NCBI GenBank assembly: GCA_965371245.1
Contig: CBDUXT010000009.1
Span: 1,796-65,795, forward strand
DNA length: 64,000 nt
Direction: 5' to 3'
Source of the DNA: an uncultured bacterium
Lineage (GTDB): Bacteria; Planctomycetota; Phycisphaerae; UBA1845
In this document: in pieces, positions 46,841-56,000 of the stretch
Layout: each line of letters opens with the position of its first letter
Numbering within the stretch: position 1 is the stretch's first letter
Position numbers and translations under genes: made by a program
The notes under the pieces: generated by a model
The model's database searches: none
What the model saw: the letters and a program-made list of their open reading frames with translations, nothing else
What the model was told of the DNA's origin: nothing

Positions 46841-46913
46841 GGCTGGGGCTCCTGTAGAGGCTGTGAGGACGTCGTAACCTATACAAAAGCGGGCTGGCTG
46901 CCAACTACGCCAC

Positions 46914-46986
46914 TGGAGCCGATGGGACTCGAACCCACGACCTTCTGGTTGCAAACCAGATGCTCTCCCAACTGAGCTACGACCCC
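46914..46986 (-). tRNA. tRNA-Ala (anticodon UGC), no encoded CCA
   Basis: The hand-folded cloverleaf is GGGGTCG-TA-GCTC-AGTTGGGA-GAGC-A-TCTGG-TTTGCAA-CCAGA-AGGTC-GTGGG-TTCGAGT-CCCAT-CGGCTCC-A. The G3:U70 Ala identity pair is present. Confidence 0.93.
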
Positions 46987-47422
46987 CTGTCACCGGCATG
47001 GTACGACCACCCGGTGGGCCTGTAAACGAAATGCCGAAGGTCACCCGGGCTGCATCGGGCCATGGTGCTCTCCGCGGGCGGTACATTCGCCGTCCGGGTT
47101 GATTACGATTGGGCGGTCTGGGACGGGCAACCAACGCCGCACCGTCCTTCGTGCCCGGTGGTCGGGGGCGTGGCGCGGATGGGCGACGCTCCCACGCAAT
47201 CGAGCGCCCGTGGCGGACCCGTCCCTGGCCTCGGACGCTCGGCGGATGTAGAATGACGACGGGCAAGAGGATACGTGCGCATCGTGCTCGGCCGAGCCGA
47301 CCGCGAGGAACGGCGAGCGCGGGCACCGGACAACTCAGGATGAAGGCGATCGGCGACACGGCCGGAGCTTGGGCCTTGCGTCGATGCCGGGACTCGCTCA
47401 ACAGGGCGGAGGAGGTTTGGTT

Positions 47423-48517
47423 GTGAAGGTCCGACTCAGATCATCGACGAGACTTCTCGTGATTGTGCTCGCCATCGGTTCCGTCGTTCACAATACCCGG
47501 GGCGACGTTCTTTTGGTCCCACGCGATCACCCAACGATCCAGGCCGCGATTGATGCGGCCAACGATGGAGACACCGTGGTTGTCCAGCCCGGTACCTACG
47601 TCGAGAACATTGATTTTCACGGGAAGGCGATTCACGTTCAGAGCGTCCAGCCTGACAACCCGGCGAACGTCGGCATGACGGTCATCGATGGGGGTTCTCT
47701 GGGCAACGCGGTGACGTTCGCACAAGGTGAAAGCCCGAAGAGTCGTCTCTTAGGTTTCACGATCATGACCAGCCGCACGCCCGACGTGTCGTTGGGACGT
47801 GGGATCTACTGTTTCGACAGCAGCCCTACCATCGAGCGGTGTCGGATCGTTGACAAGTTTCCGAGTCGCGGCAGCGCCGTGATCCGGTGCGTGAACGGCA
47901 GCCCGACCTTCTCGAAGTGTACGATCGTTCTGGTCAACGCGAGCGTTGCGCAGCGCGTCCTGCATAGTCTCGGCGGTAAGCCGACGTTCACCGATTGCAA
48001 GGTTGCGGAGCGCACGCTGCTCGGTCCGAGCTTCAGCCTCGAAGGAACGGTGACCAAGGCCGACAAGACGATCGATTTTCGACCGGCTGTCGTGGCTACG
48101 AGCCCGGTCAGCGATGCCACCGGTGTGGCGTTGCCGCCGAAGGATCCCGGACCCAATGACCAATACGCACCGGATTTGTTTGGGCTCTTTGGGTATTCCT
48201 ACCTGCCGAGCTATCATGTCTACGCGTACGACTATGCGACACACCTGCCCCTGTACTACGGACACAGCGTTTATGGCGCCGTTCATACGACATCGAGGTT
48301 CGTGAACTTTGCCGGTGCCAACGGGCGGTCGTCGCGGTCTCTCTTCGGTGCGTTCAGCTCGCCCCTGGGCCCTGGAAGTCTTGGCTTCGGTGCGTCGCCT
48401 TTTCTCGGTTCTCGTGGGAAGCGCGGGCCGGTCACCGGCGGGGCTGTTGGATTCCAAACTGGCCTGCGTGGCGTCATGGGCCCGAGCGGCGTCGTAACGA
48501 TGCCGAGGCGGCGCTGA
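47423..48517 (+). CDS. secreted right-handed beta-helix (pectate-lyase-fold/NosD-like) protein
   Basis: GGAGGAGG + 7 nt + GTG (47423). ...HPTIQAAIDAANDGDTVVVQPGTYVENIDFHGKAIHV... is followed by repeated beta-helix-like turns. The C-terminus is low complexity. Confidence 0.7.
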   Translation: MKVRLRSSTRLLVIVLAIGSVVHNTRGDVLLVPRDHPTIQAAIDAANDGDTVVVQPGTYVENIDFHGKAIHVQSVQPDNPANVGMTVIDGGSLGNAVTFAQGESPKSRLLGFTIMTSRTPDVSLGRGIYCFDSSPTIERCRIVDKFPSRGSAVIRCVNGSPTFSKCTIVLVNASVAQRVLHSLGGKPTFTDCKVAERTLLGPSFSLEGTVTKADKTIDFRPAVVATSPVSDATGVALPPKDPGPNDQYAPDLFGLFGYSYLPSYHVYAYDYATHLPLYYGHSVYGAVHTTSRFVNFAGANGRSSRSLFGAFSSPLGPGSLGFGASPFLGSRGKRGPVTGGAVGFQTGLRGVMGPSGVVTMPRRR

Positions 48518-48683
48518 AGCAGCAGCATTTCGTGAGTGTTCGTGGGGCGTTCCTTTCGTCGTTCGGTCCGATCGAGTATTCTCTGTTGAAGATAGCGCGC
48601 GCCGAGCGGCCGCGTCATTCGCACGGTGCTAAGCCGGCGCGGCGCTTCGTCAACATCGGCCTTTGACAGTGAGGGGACCTATT

Positions 48684-49751
48684 ATGTCGAACCCAACGAT
48701 GGCCGCGGTCGCGGCCCTTAGCTTTGCCAGCTCTTTTCCGCTCCAGGCACAGGAGAACGAATCGGAGACGGTCACGCTCGAGATGCTCATGCGCGAGATC
48801 CGCGATCTCAAACGGCAACAACAGAGCCGGCGCCACACATTCAATTCATTGAGCAAGGCCGTGGACGACCTGATGTGGCACGTCAAGCTCGACGACGTGG
48901 CCGAGGTGGACAAGGTGCGCCTGACGGGCCCGCCGCTTCGGAATCAGAAAAACCCGAGCGCCCAGGGCGCGGGCAACCGATTGATCATTCGGGCCTACAC
49001 GTTCATCCCGAAAAACCGCGATCGGTCGTCGAAGATTCCCCTCATGGTTCTGGTGCATGGCGGCGTTCACGGCAACCACAACACCGGCGCCGCCCATGTC
49101 GTGCGGGAGCTGATCGCGCAGGGTTACGCCATCGTCGCGCCTGAGTACCGCGGCAGCACGGGCTATGGCCGGGGCTTCTATCAGGCGATCGATTACGGAG
49201 GCCTGGAGGTCGCGGACACGTTCGCCTGTCGCAACTTCGCGGTGGAGAGCTTCGATTTCGTCGATCCGGACCGCGTCGGCATCATGGGATGGAGCCACGG
49301 CGGGCTGCACACGCTGATGAACATCTTCGATCATCCCGACGCCTATCAGGTGGCCTATGCCGGCGTCCCGGTGAGCGACCTGATCGCCCGCATGGGGTAC
49401 AAGACCGAAGGGTATCGCCGACTCTACTCGGTAGACTACCACATCGGGAAGTCGGCCTATCAGGACGTGGAGGAGTATCGCAAGCGCTCGCCCGCCTGGA
49501 ACGCCCACAAGCTGCAAACGCCGCTATTGATTCATACCAACACCAACGATGCGGACGTCAACGTGCTGGAGGTCGAGCACCTGATCAAGTCGCTCAAGGC
49601 CGAGGGGAAGCAGTTCGAGTCGAAGATCTATGAGGCCGCTCCCGGTGGGCACAGCTTTAACCGTCTGGACACCAAGGAGGCCAAGGAGTCGCGGCGTGAG
49701 GTGTATCGCTTCCTCGCCAGATACCTGTCGCCGCCGAATCCGGCGGATTGA
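48684..49751 (+). CDS. S9 (prolyl oligopeptidase) family alpha/beta-hydrolase peptidase
   Basis: Signal peptide. The nucleophile elbow is GWSHGG, and downstream are ...TNDADVNV... and ...PGGHSF. Confidence 0.8.
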   Translation: MSNPTMAAVAALSFASSFPLQAQENESETVTLEMLMREIRDLKRQQQSRRHTFNSLSKAVDDLMWHVKLDDVAEVDKVRLTGPPLRNQKNPSAQGAGNRLIIRAYTFIPKNRDRSSKIPLMVLVHGGVHGNHNTGAAHVVRELIAQGYAIVAPEYRGSTGYGRGFYQAIDYGGLEVADTFACRNFAVESFDFVDPDRVGIMGWSHGGLHTLMNIFDHPDAYQVAYAGVPVSDLIARMGYKTEGYRRLYSVDYHIGKSAYQDVEEYRKRSPAWNAHKLQTPLLIHTNTNDADVNVLEVEHLIKSLKAEGKQFESKIYEAAPGGHSFNRLDTKEAKESRREVYRFLARYLSPPNPAD

Positions 49752-49794
49752 GGCGTGCCGTACGGGGGTTCGGTCTGTTGGGGCGGGAGCCGCG

Positions 49795-50901
49795 ATGAGT
49801 AGTCAGGCGAAGGTAAAGCGGATCGGCGTACTGACCGGCGGAGGCGATTGCCCCGGCTTGAACGCAGTCATTCGCGCCGTGACCAAGTCCGCGATTCGTG
49901 AACACGGGCTGGAGGTCTACGGCATCGAGGACGGGTTTCTCGGGCTGATCGAAAACCGGGTCCACCCGCTCACCTTCGCCGACGTGGCCAACATCCTCGA
50001 TCGCGGCGGCACCATCCTCGGGTCAAGCAACAAGGCCGACCCGGCCAGGTTCTGCACCGGGCGCGACGCAAAGGGGCGCCTTCTCTTCGAAGACGTGACC
50101 GATCGCGTCGTGGAGCACGCCCGCGAAAACGAGCTCGACGTGCTGGTCTGCATCGGTGGCGACGGAACGATGTCCGGTGCGGCGCGGCTGGTCGAGCGGG
50201 GTCTCTGCATGGTCGGCGTGCCCAAGACCATCGACAACGATCTGTTACACACCGACATCACCTTCGGTTTCGATACGGCCGTCACCACCGCGACCGACGC
50301 GCTCGATCGCATCCGCACGACGGCGTCAAGCCATCACCGTGTCATGCTTGTGGAGATGATGGGGCGAAACGCGGGCTGGCTGACGCTTCACGCGGGGGCC
50401 GCGAGCGGTGCGGACATCATTTTGATTCCCGAGATCGAATACAGCATCGACAAGATCTGCGAGGCGTGCGTCGCGCGAAGCCAGAGCGGAAAGGCCTATA
50501 CTCTTCTGGCCGTCTCGGAGGGGGCCAAACCCTTCGGTGGCGATGTCGTAGTGGACCAGGTGGTACACGAATCCCCCGATCCCGTTAGGCTGGGTGGGGT
50601 GAGCGAGGTTCTGTGCGCTCAGATTGCCGAACGGACGCACGTGGAGTGCCGCGCTACGATCCTCGGGCACGTCCAACGTGGAGGCAAGCCGACCCCGCAC
50701 GACCGCGTCTTAGCCACGCGCTTCGGTCATCGGGTTGTCGAGATGATCGTCGCCGGCGAGCTCAACCGGATGGTCGCGCTCCAGGCGGGCGAGCTGACAA
50801 GCGTACCGCTGGCGGACGTGGCCGACCGGCAGCGCCTCGTGCCAGTCGATGATCCGTTGGTCCGCGCGTGCCGAGCGATTGGCACCTGTTTCGGCGATTG
50901 A
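49795..50901 (+). CDS. pfkA: 6-phosphofructokinase (GGDG motif suggests ATP-dependent type)
   Basis: IGVLTGGGDCPGLNAVIR...CIGGDGTMSGA...PKTIDNDL...MGRNAGW. Confidence 0.88.
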   Translation: MSSQAKVKRIGVLTGGGDCPGLNAVIRAVTKSAIREHGLEVYGIEDGFLGLIENRVHPLTFADVANILDRGGTILGSSNKADPARFCTGRDAKGRLLFEDVTDRVVEHARENELDVLVCIGGDGTMSGAARLVERGLCMVGVPKTIDNDLLHTDITFGFDTAVTTATDALDRIRTTASSHHRVMLVEMMGRNAGWLTLHAGAASGADIILIPEIEYSIDKICEACVARSQSGKAYTLLAVSEGAKPFGGDVVVDQVVHESPDPVRLGGVSEVLCAQIAERTHVECRATILGHVQRGGKPTPHDRVLATRFGHRVVEMIVAGELNRMVALQAGELTSVPLADVADRQRLVPVDDPLVRACRAIGTCFGD

Positions 50902-50952
50902 CTCGCTCGTCACAAGGCGTTTCTTCGGCGTGTCCCGTTTCTTCGTACCGAG

Positions 50953-50974
50953 CCGCGGGCTTCAGCCCGCGCGG
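50953..50974. terminator. GC hairpin between convergent pfk and rsmG, resembling the second hairpin of repeat family B
   Basis: CCGCGGGC-ttca-GCCCGCG(c)GG. Compare B1 CCGTGGGC-ttgc-GCCCACGG. There is no U-tract. Confidence 0.35.
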
Positions 50975-51036
50975 ACTCTAGCCCCTGGACGCCTCGCAAC
51001 CAGCGGCGAACCCGAAACAGGAAGACGGCAAACGAG

Positions 51037-51723
51037 CTACGCGGTCGCGTCCTTTCGATACACAAGAAGCACTCGTTCCAGCGTCTCATCAACGCAAGTC
51101 AGCTCATAGGCGTGCGAGGGTTCCAGGCTAAAACCCAACCGTCTAAGCAACTCCTTGGCGTCGCGCTGCTCGGATGGCTCGAGTGACGCCGTCTTGAAGG
51201 CGACCAGCCGACCGCCGGCGGCCACGTGCCGCGCCGTCTGCTCGACGGCATTCGGAAGAGGTGCGAGGGCGCGGAACGTGACCAGATCGAACGCGGCGCC
51301 CGGCTGCCAGTGGCTGGAGTGCTCGTGGTGGCAGGCGAGGTTCGCCACGTCAATGCGTTCACAAGCGCGCCGCACAAAGTCGATCTTCTTCTTGGTGGCC
51401 TCGATTGCGGTGATGGACCAGTCCGGTCGCATGACGGCCAGCGGCACGGCCGGAAAGCCGGCGCCGGTCCCAACATCGAGGACCGTGCGCCGAGCAATCC
51501 TGCGGTCTCTCGCCCACACCAAGAGAGCGAGCGAATCGGCGAAGTGCTTGACCGCGGCCTCGACCGGATCGACGATCCGCGTCAGATTCATGGTGCGATT
51601 GGCCTCGATCATGGCCAGGTAGTACGCGCGAAGCCGTTCAAGCTGATTCAGCTGGATGGGCAAATCCCACGCAGCCAGCGCGTTTGCCAGCGTCTTCTCG
51701 AACAGATCCTCGGAGCGGCTCAT
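51037..51723 (-). CDS. rsmG: 16S rRNA (guanine527-N7)-methyltransferase
   Basis: I prefer the start MSRSEDLF. ...NLTRIVDPVEAAVKHFADSL...VLDVGTGAGFPAVPLAV...ATKKKIDF. Confidence 0.85.
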   Translation of the reverse strand: MSRSEDLFEKTLANALAAWDLPIQLNQLERLRAYYLAMIEANRTMNLTRIVDPVEAAVKHFADSLALLVWARDRRIARRTVLDVGTGAGFPAVPLAVMRPDWSITAIEATKKKIDFVRRACERIDVANLACHHEHSSHWQPGAAFDLVTFRALAPLPNAVEQTARHVAAGGRLVAFKTASLEPSEQRDAKELLRRLGFSLEPSHAYELTCVDETLERVLLVYRKDATA

Positions 51724-51793
51724 CCGCGCATGTTGCGCGAAGCGCTTCACGGCTTCAAGCGCTTGGGAGCCGGGTGCCGATAGAACGAGCGGA

Positions 51794-52918
51794 ATGAGTT
51801 CCCGAAATCGAGACACCGCTGTGCTGGAACGACCGGCCGCCGTCGAAGGGACGACGCTTGAGCGCGAGGCCCGCGCGCGTCGCCTTTGGTACCACGACAT
51901 CGGCCTCGTCGATGGACTGCGCACTCGGTTTCCCGAGGACTACGAGATCAACCCCGTGCTCCGGTCCGTCGATCGCGGCTCTCGGAGTTTGCTGGAGTGG
52001 ATGGCGCCGCGCGTCTCGTCGGAGCTGGTTGGCCGATCCGTGCTCGACATCGGCTGTGCCGATGGTCTGTTCAGCTTCTGGGCTGCACGCGGCGGCGCCT
52101 CTCGCGTGGTCGGCGTGGAGCGGAACCGATACAACTTTGATCACGCTGAATGGCTCGCCGGTGCCCTCGACTTCGACAACGTCGAGTTTCTCTGGGGCGG
52201 AATCGAAAGCCATCTTCCCGCCGATCCGTTCGACGTCGTCTTCTGCGTCGGCCTGATCTACCACCTGGTTGATCCGCTGGGTGTGCTCCACCGTTTGCGG
52301 CAGCGTTGCCGGCAGAAGCTCGTCTTGGCCAGCGCGATCGACCTGCCCGACGGCGATGGCTCGCCGATGTCACGGCTCGATCGCTATGCCACGGGTGCCC
52401 ACGGGGTCTGGTCGTTCAACGTGCCGATGGTCCGCCAGATGCTCACGACGGCCGGCTTCGAATTGATCGAGGAACATGCACCAGGGTCACCGAACCCGGA
52501 TCGCTATTACGCCGTGGCCTCGCCGGGCAAGTTCGAGGATCACCACATCTTCGCCGAGCGGGTCGATCAGGAGTTCCCCATCAACATCGACCGCCGGCGA
52601 GCGCGGGTGCGCGAGGTCTGGCGGTCGCTTGCGGAGAGAAACCGCGGGCCGGTGGCGCTATTCGGCGCGGGCACGCACACGCCCTGGCTGCTCAAGCAGG
52701 TAGCGGACATTCCCGGCGTCGAGGTGTCTTGCGTGCTGGACGATCGCATCGCGATCAGCGAGACCGTGGCCGGCCTCGCGGTCCATCGCCCGCCGCAGAT
52801 CGATCCGAAGCAATTAAGTGCCGTCGTCCTGTCATCGTGGCATCAGACCGATGCCCTGGCCCGTCGAGCGGATGAACTGTTCGGCCGGTCGGTCGAGGTC
52901 ATTCGGGTGGATGGGTAA
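51794..52918 (+). CDS. class I SAM-dependent methyltransferase (CmoB/DUF1698-like N-part) with extra C-terminal Rossmann-like domain
   Basis: ...RRLWYHDIGLVDG...VLDIGCADGLFSFWAARGGASRVVGVE. The C-terminal part is ...VALFGAGTHTPWLL... Confidence 0.7.
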   Translation: MSSRNRDTAVLERPAAVEGTTLEREARARRLWYHDIGLVDGLRTRFPEDYEINPVLRSVDRGSRSLLEWMAPRVSSELVGRSVLDIGCADGLFSFWAARGGASRVVGVERNRYNFDHAEWLAGALDFDNVEFLWGGIESHLPADPFDVVFCVGLIYHLVDPLGVLHRLRQRCRQKLVLASAIDLPDGDGSPMSRLDRYATGAHGVWSFNVPMVRQMLTTAGFELIEEHAPGSPNPDRYYAVASPGKFEDHHIFAERVDQEFPINIDRRRARVREVWRSLAERNRGPVALFGAGTHTPWLLKQVADIPGVEVSCVLDDRIAISETVAGLAVHRPPQIDPKQLSAVVLSSWHQTDALARRADELFGRSVEVIRVDG

Positions 52919-53054
52919 GGGCCGTCTCGACATGTGTAATCCGGGAACCCTGGCCTCGCACGCTGCGTGGCGACGCCGCCGAGAAGTCCATTGCGACCGC
53001 GATACGGTTCGGATCACGTGGTTGCGAATGCTCTTTGCCTCACTACGACAAGCG

Positions 53055-56000
53055 TCATGGCTTCGCGGGTTTATCCGGGGCGCCCGTAGATCCGTAGCGT
53101 TGGATCAGGTCCGTGTATCCGGCGTGATCCCTGAGCGGATCCCACCGGGGGTCCAGTTTCAGCAAAGCGGTGGAGAATCTACAAGGAATCTGAAGCAATC
53201 CCTCGATATGTTCGAGCGCGGCATCGAAGTCGCCCACGGCCACATATATCAGGGCAAGGTCTTCCAAGCGCTTAGGTCCGACGAAGATGTCCCTCGAGAC
53301 GGGACACAGTTCGAGCCCACGCTTTCCAGCCTCAATCGCATCGTCGGAGCGCCCGAGCTCGGCGTAAACCAGGCCGAGCGAACCGTAAACGCGGCAATCA
53401 TCCGGACGCTGCTCCCGTTGCTCCTCCAGGATGACGAGCGCCTTCTCATTGGCCGCTCGCGACAGCTCGGGCTTATTGTTGAATCTGTGGGCAAGACCAC
53501 GGAGCTGGGCTTTAGTCAAGAACAGATCCTGGAACGCTGCGAATTCAAGTGGTGATTCCTCCAAGCCCTTGATCGCAGTATCGAATCGACGCGCATAGAA
53601 CTCCAGCCGATACCCGGTCGCGAACACATACTGATTCGCCGGAGTGGTGAGGCCCTCTATGGCCGCGCGGGCCGCCTCCGGATCCCCACGCCAGAGAAAG
53701 AAATTCCAAGCGATGCCGTCATAGCCGTACTGTCGCTGCGGAGCGATCTCGATCATACGTTCAAAGATCTGATCGGCCTTCTCATAGTTACGCATGATCT
53801 GATATGTTCCCGCGAGATTGGCCGCGCTATTCGCATCGCCTGGGTCCAGCGCGAGGGCCCAGATGAATTGCTCCAAAGCGACTTCGAGTTGCCCCTTTCT
53901 TCGCAGCACGGAACCGTAGATATCCAGAAATCGTGAATCGTTCGCGAGGGATTTACGCGCTACGGCGAGCGACGCCAAAGCCCGATCGTAGTCACGGTGG
54001 CATGAATAGTAATAATTGCCCATGGCCAAGTGAGCATCGGGGAGGTCTGGATCAAGTTGCAAGGCGCGATCGACGGCTGCCTTGGACTCGGCTGCACGCG
54101 ATGGTGATTGATCGAATCCGTAATGGTGCATCAGTGCGTGTCCAACTGACAGTTCAGCGTACGCTAATGCGAAGGACGGATCCAACTCTATGGCCTGTTC
54201 AAGCAACCTGATCCCGGACTCGTACTTCTCATGCCCGAATTCCGAGTACCAGACGAATTCTCGAGCCTTCAGGAAGGCATCGTAGGCAGCCGTGTTGTTT
54301 GTTGGTCGATCGACCATGCCAGGAGCTTCTTCAGTGAGCAGTTCGACGGAAAGCTTGGCGGCGACTTGATCGGCCACCTCGCTCTGAATCTCGAACACGT
54401 CCGAGAGGCTTCGCGTGTAACTATCGCCCCAAAGCTGCGTTTGATCGCTGACCAGAATCAATTGGGCGTTGATGCGTACATTGTTGCCGGCACGTCGCAC
54501 GCCGCCTTCGATTATGTATGTCACGCCGAGTTCTCGACCGATCTGGTCGATTGACTTGTCAGTCTTCTTGTATCGCATCGCTGAGGTGCGGGCGATGACG
54601 CCAAGTAATTCGGGGCGTAGCCGCCCGAGCCGCGTGATCATTTCCTCCGTCATTCCGTCGCTGAAGTACTCTTGCTCCGGATCGTTTCCGAGATTCGCGA
54701 ACGGCAGAACGGCCAGCATAATCTTCTCGTTCTGATCTCTCGCGGTCGAACCCGACTTGGCATCAGGCTCTAGCCCAATACGTCGAAGCAGGTCATCGAA
54801 ACGGGGATCGCCGTGCAAGGCCTTCCACATCGGGTCAATCTTCAGGAATGCGGTCCAGACTTCCCCGCTTTGATGCGCTCTCTCCAGCCAACGAAACGCT
54901 TCGTCCAAATCTCCCAGATTGGCATGGATGGAAGCGAAACCGCATGCGGGGACAAACTGTCGGCTTGCCAGCTGCGTGAGAACGTTCAGTTCATCCTGCG
55001 CCTCGGTTGTGCGTCCGGCCATTGCGTACGCAGCTCCGAGCATGCCTGCGGAAATGGATGCTCGCCCTCGTCTAGCATCGAGTAGCTTGAGTACCGGAAT
55101 GGCCCGATCCGGCTGCCCATCGCTCATCAGCATCCAAGCGTATCTCACGTGGGCGGGCAGGAAATCCGGGGCCAGTTTCCTCGTGTCTTCGATGTGATCA
55201 AACGCTTCACGAACGCGTCCGGCGCAAAAGAGCGCCCAGGCTGTGTCCGTTTTGATGATAAGAGAGTTCGGCTCAAGCTCAGCAGCACGGCTGATCGCCG
55301 AAAGTGCCTCATCGAACCTACTTTGACTCATGAGCAGGGCGGAAGACCAGTGATAGAGCGTGCTATAGCGCGGACTCAGCGAGATGCCTCGTTTGAACGC
55401 CGCCTCAGCTTCCGCCCAATTCTGCTGGGACCACCCTTTCAGGTAGCCAAGTGATGCATACGCCTCGCCCATGGAGTCGTCGAGGCGAAGCGCCGTCTCA
55501 ATGGCTTGCTCTGCTTGCGGAATCACTTCCTTCGGTGGACGGTAATAATGGGCAAGTAACAAGTAACAATCCGCCTTGCCCGCATACGCCTCCGCATACT
55601 CGGGATCGAGCGAAATGGCGTGGTCAAACAGTTCGATAGCACCGGCGAACCCGTCTTCAGATCGAAGGTTCCACAGATGTCGAGCTTCCAGGTAGGCCCG
55701 GTGCGCGTCGGCATTGCTCGTGTCACTCTTTGCGAGTTCGATCTTTTCTTCTTGCGTCAGGCGAAGGCGAAGCGCATCCACAATGTTCTGCGTGATGTCC
55801 GCCTCGACGGCCATGATGTCCGTCAGCTCGCGGGCGTAGCGTTTGCTCCAAAGCTGCTGATTCGTGGACACGTCAACCAATTCCGCACGGATGGTCAGGC
55901 TGTTGCCACGGGCGTTGAGCTGGCCGGTCAGTACGACCGACACGCCGAGACTCTTCCCGAAGCTGCTGGCATCCTCCTTCGCGGGATCAAAGCGAAACGC

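Larger units (their letters stand above)
43325..46913. mobile_element. low-GC integrative island abutting the 3' end of tRNA-Ala (distal boundary not defined)
   Basis: A tyrosine integrase starts 73 nt from the tRNA 3' end. Sampled 60-nt windows inside are 37-50% GC versus 67% in the flank at 42.0 kb. The contents are small ORFs of unknown family plus a recombinase fragment. Confidence 0.7.

Noticed and set aside
46841-47401. N-terminal 186-aa extension of the integrase ORF in the track (45521..47401)
   Set aside because: The extension reads straight through the tRNA-Ala gene and is Arg/Pro-rich. The internal ATG at 46840 (MTKPGPKG...) gives a normal-length integrase.
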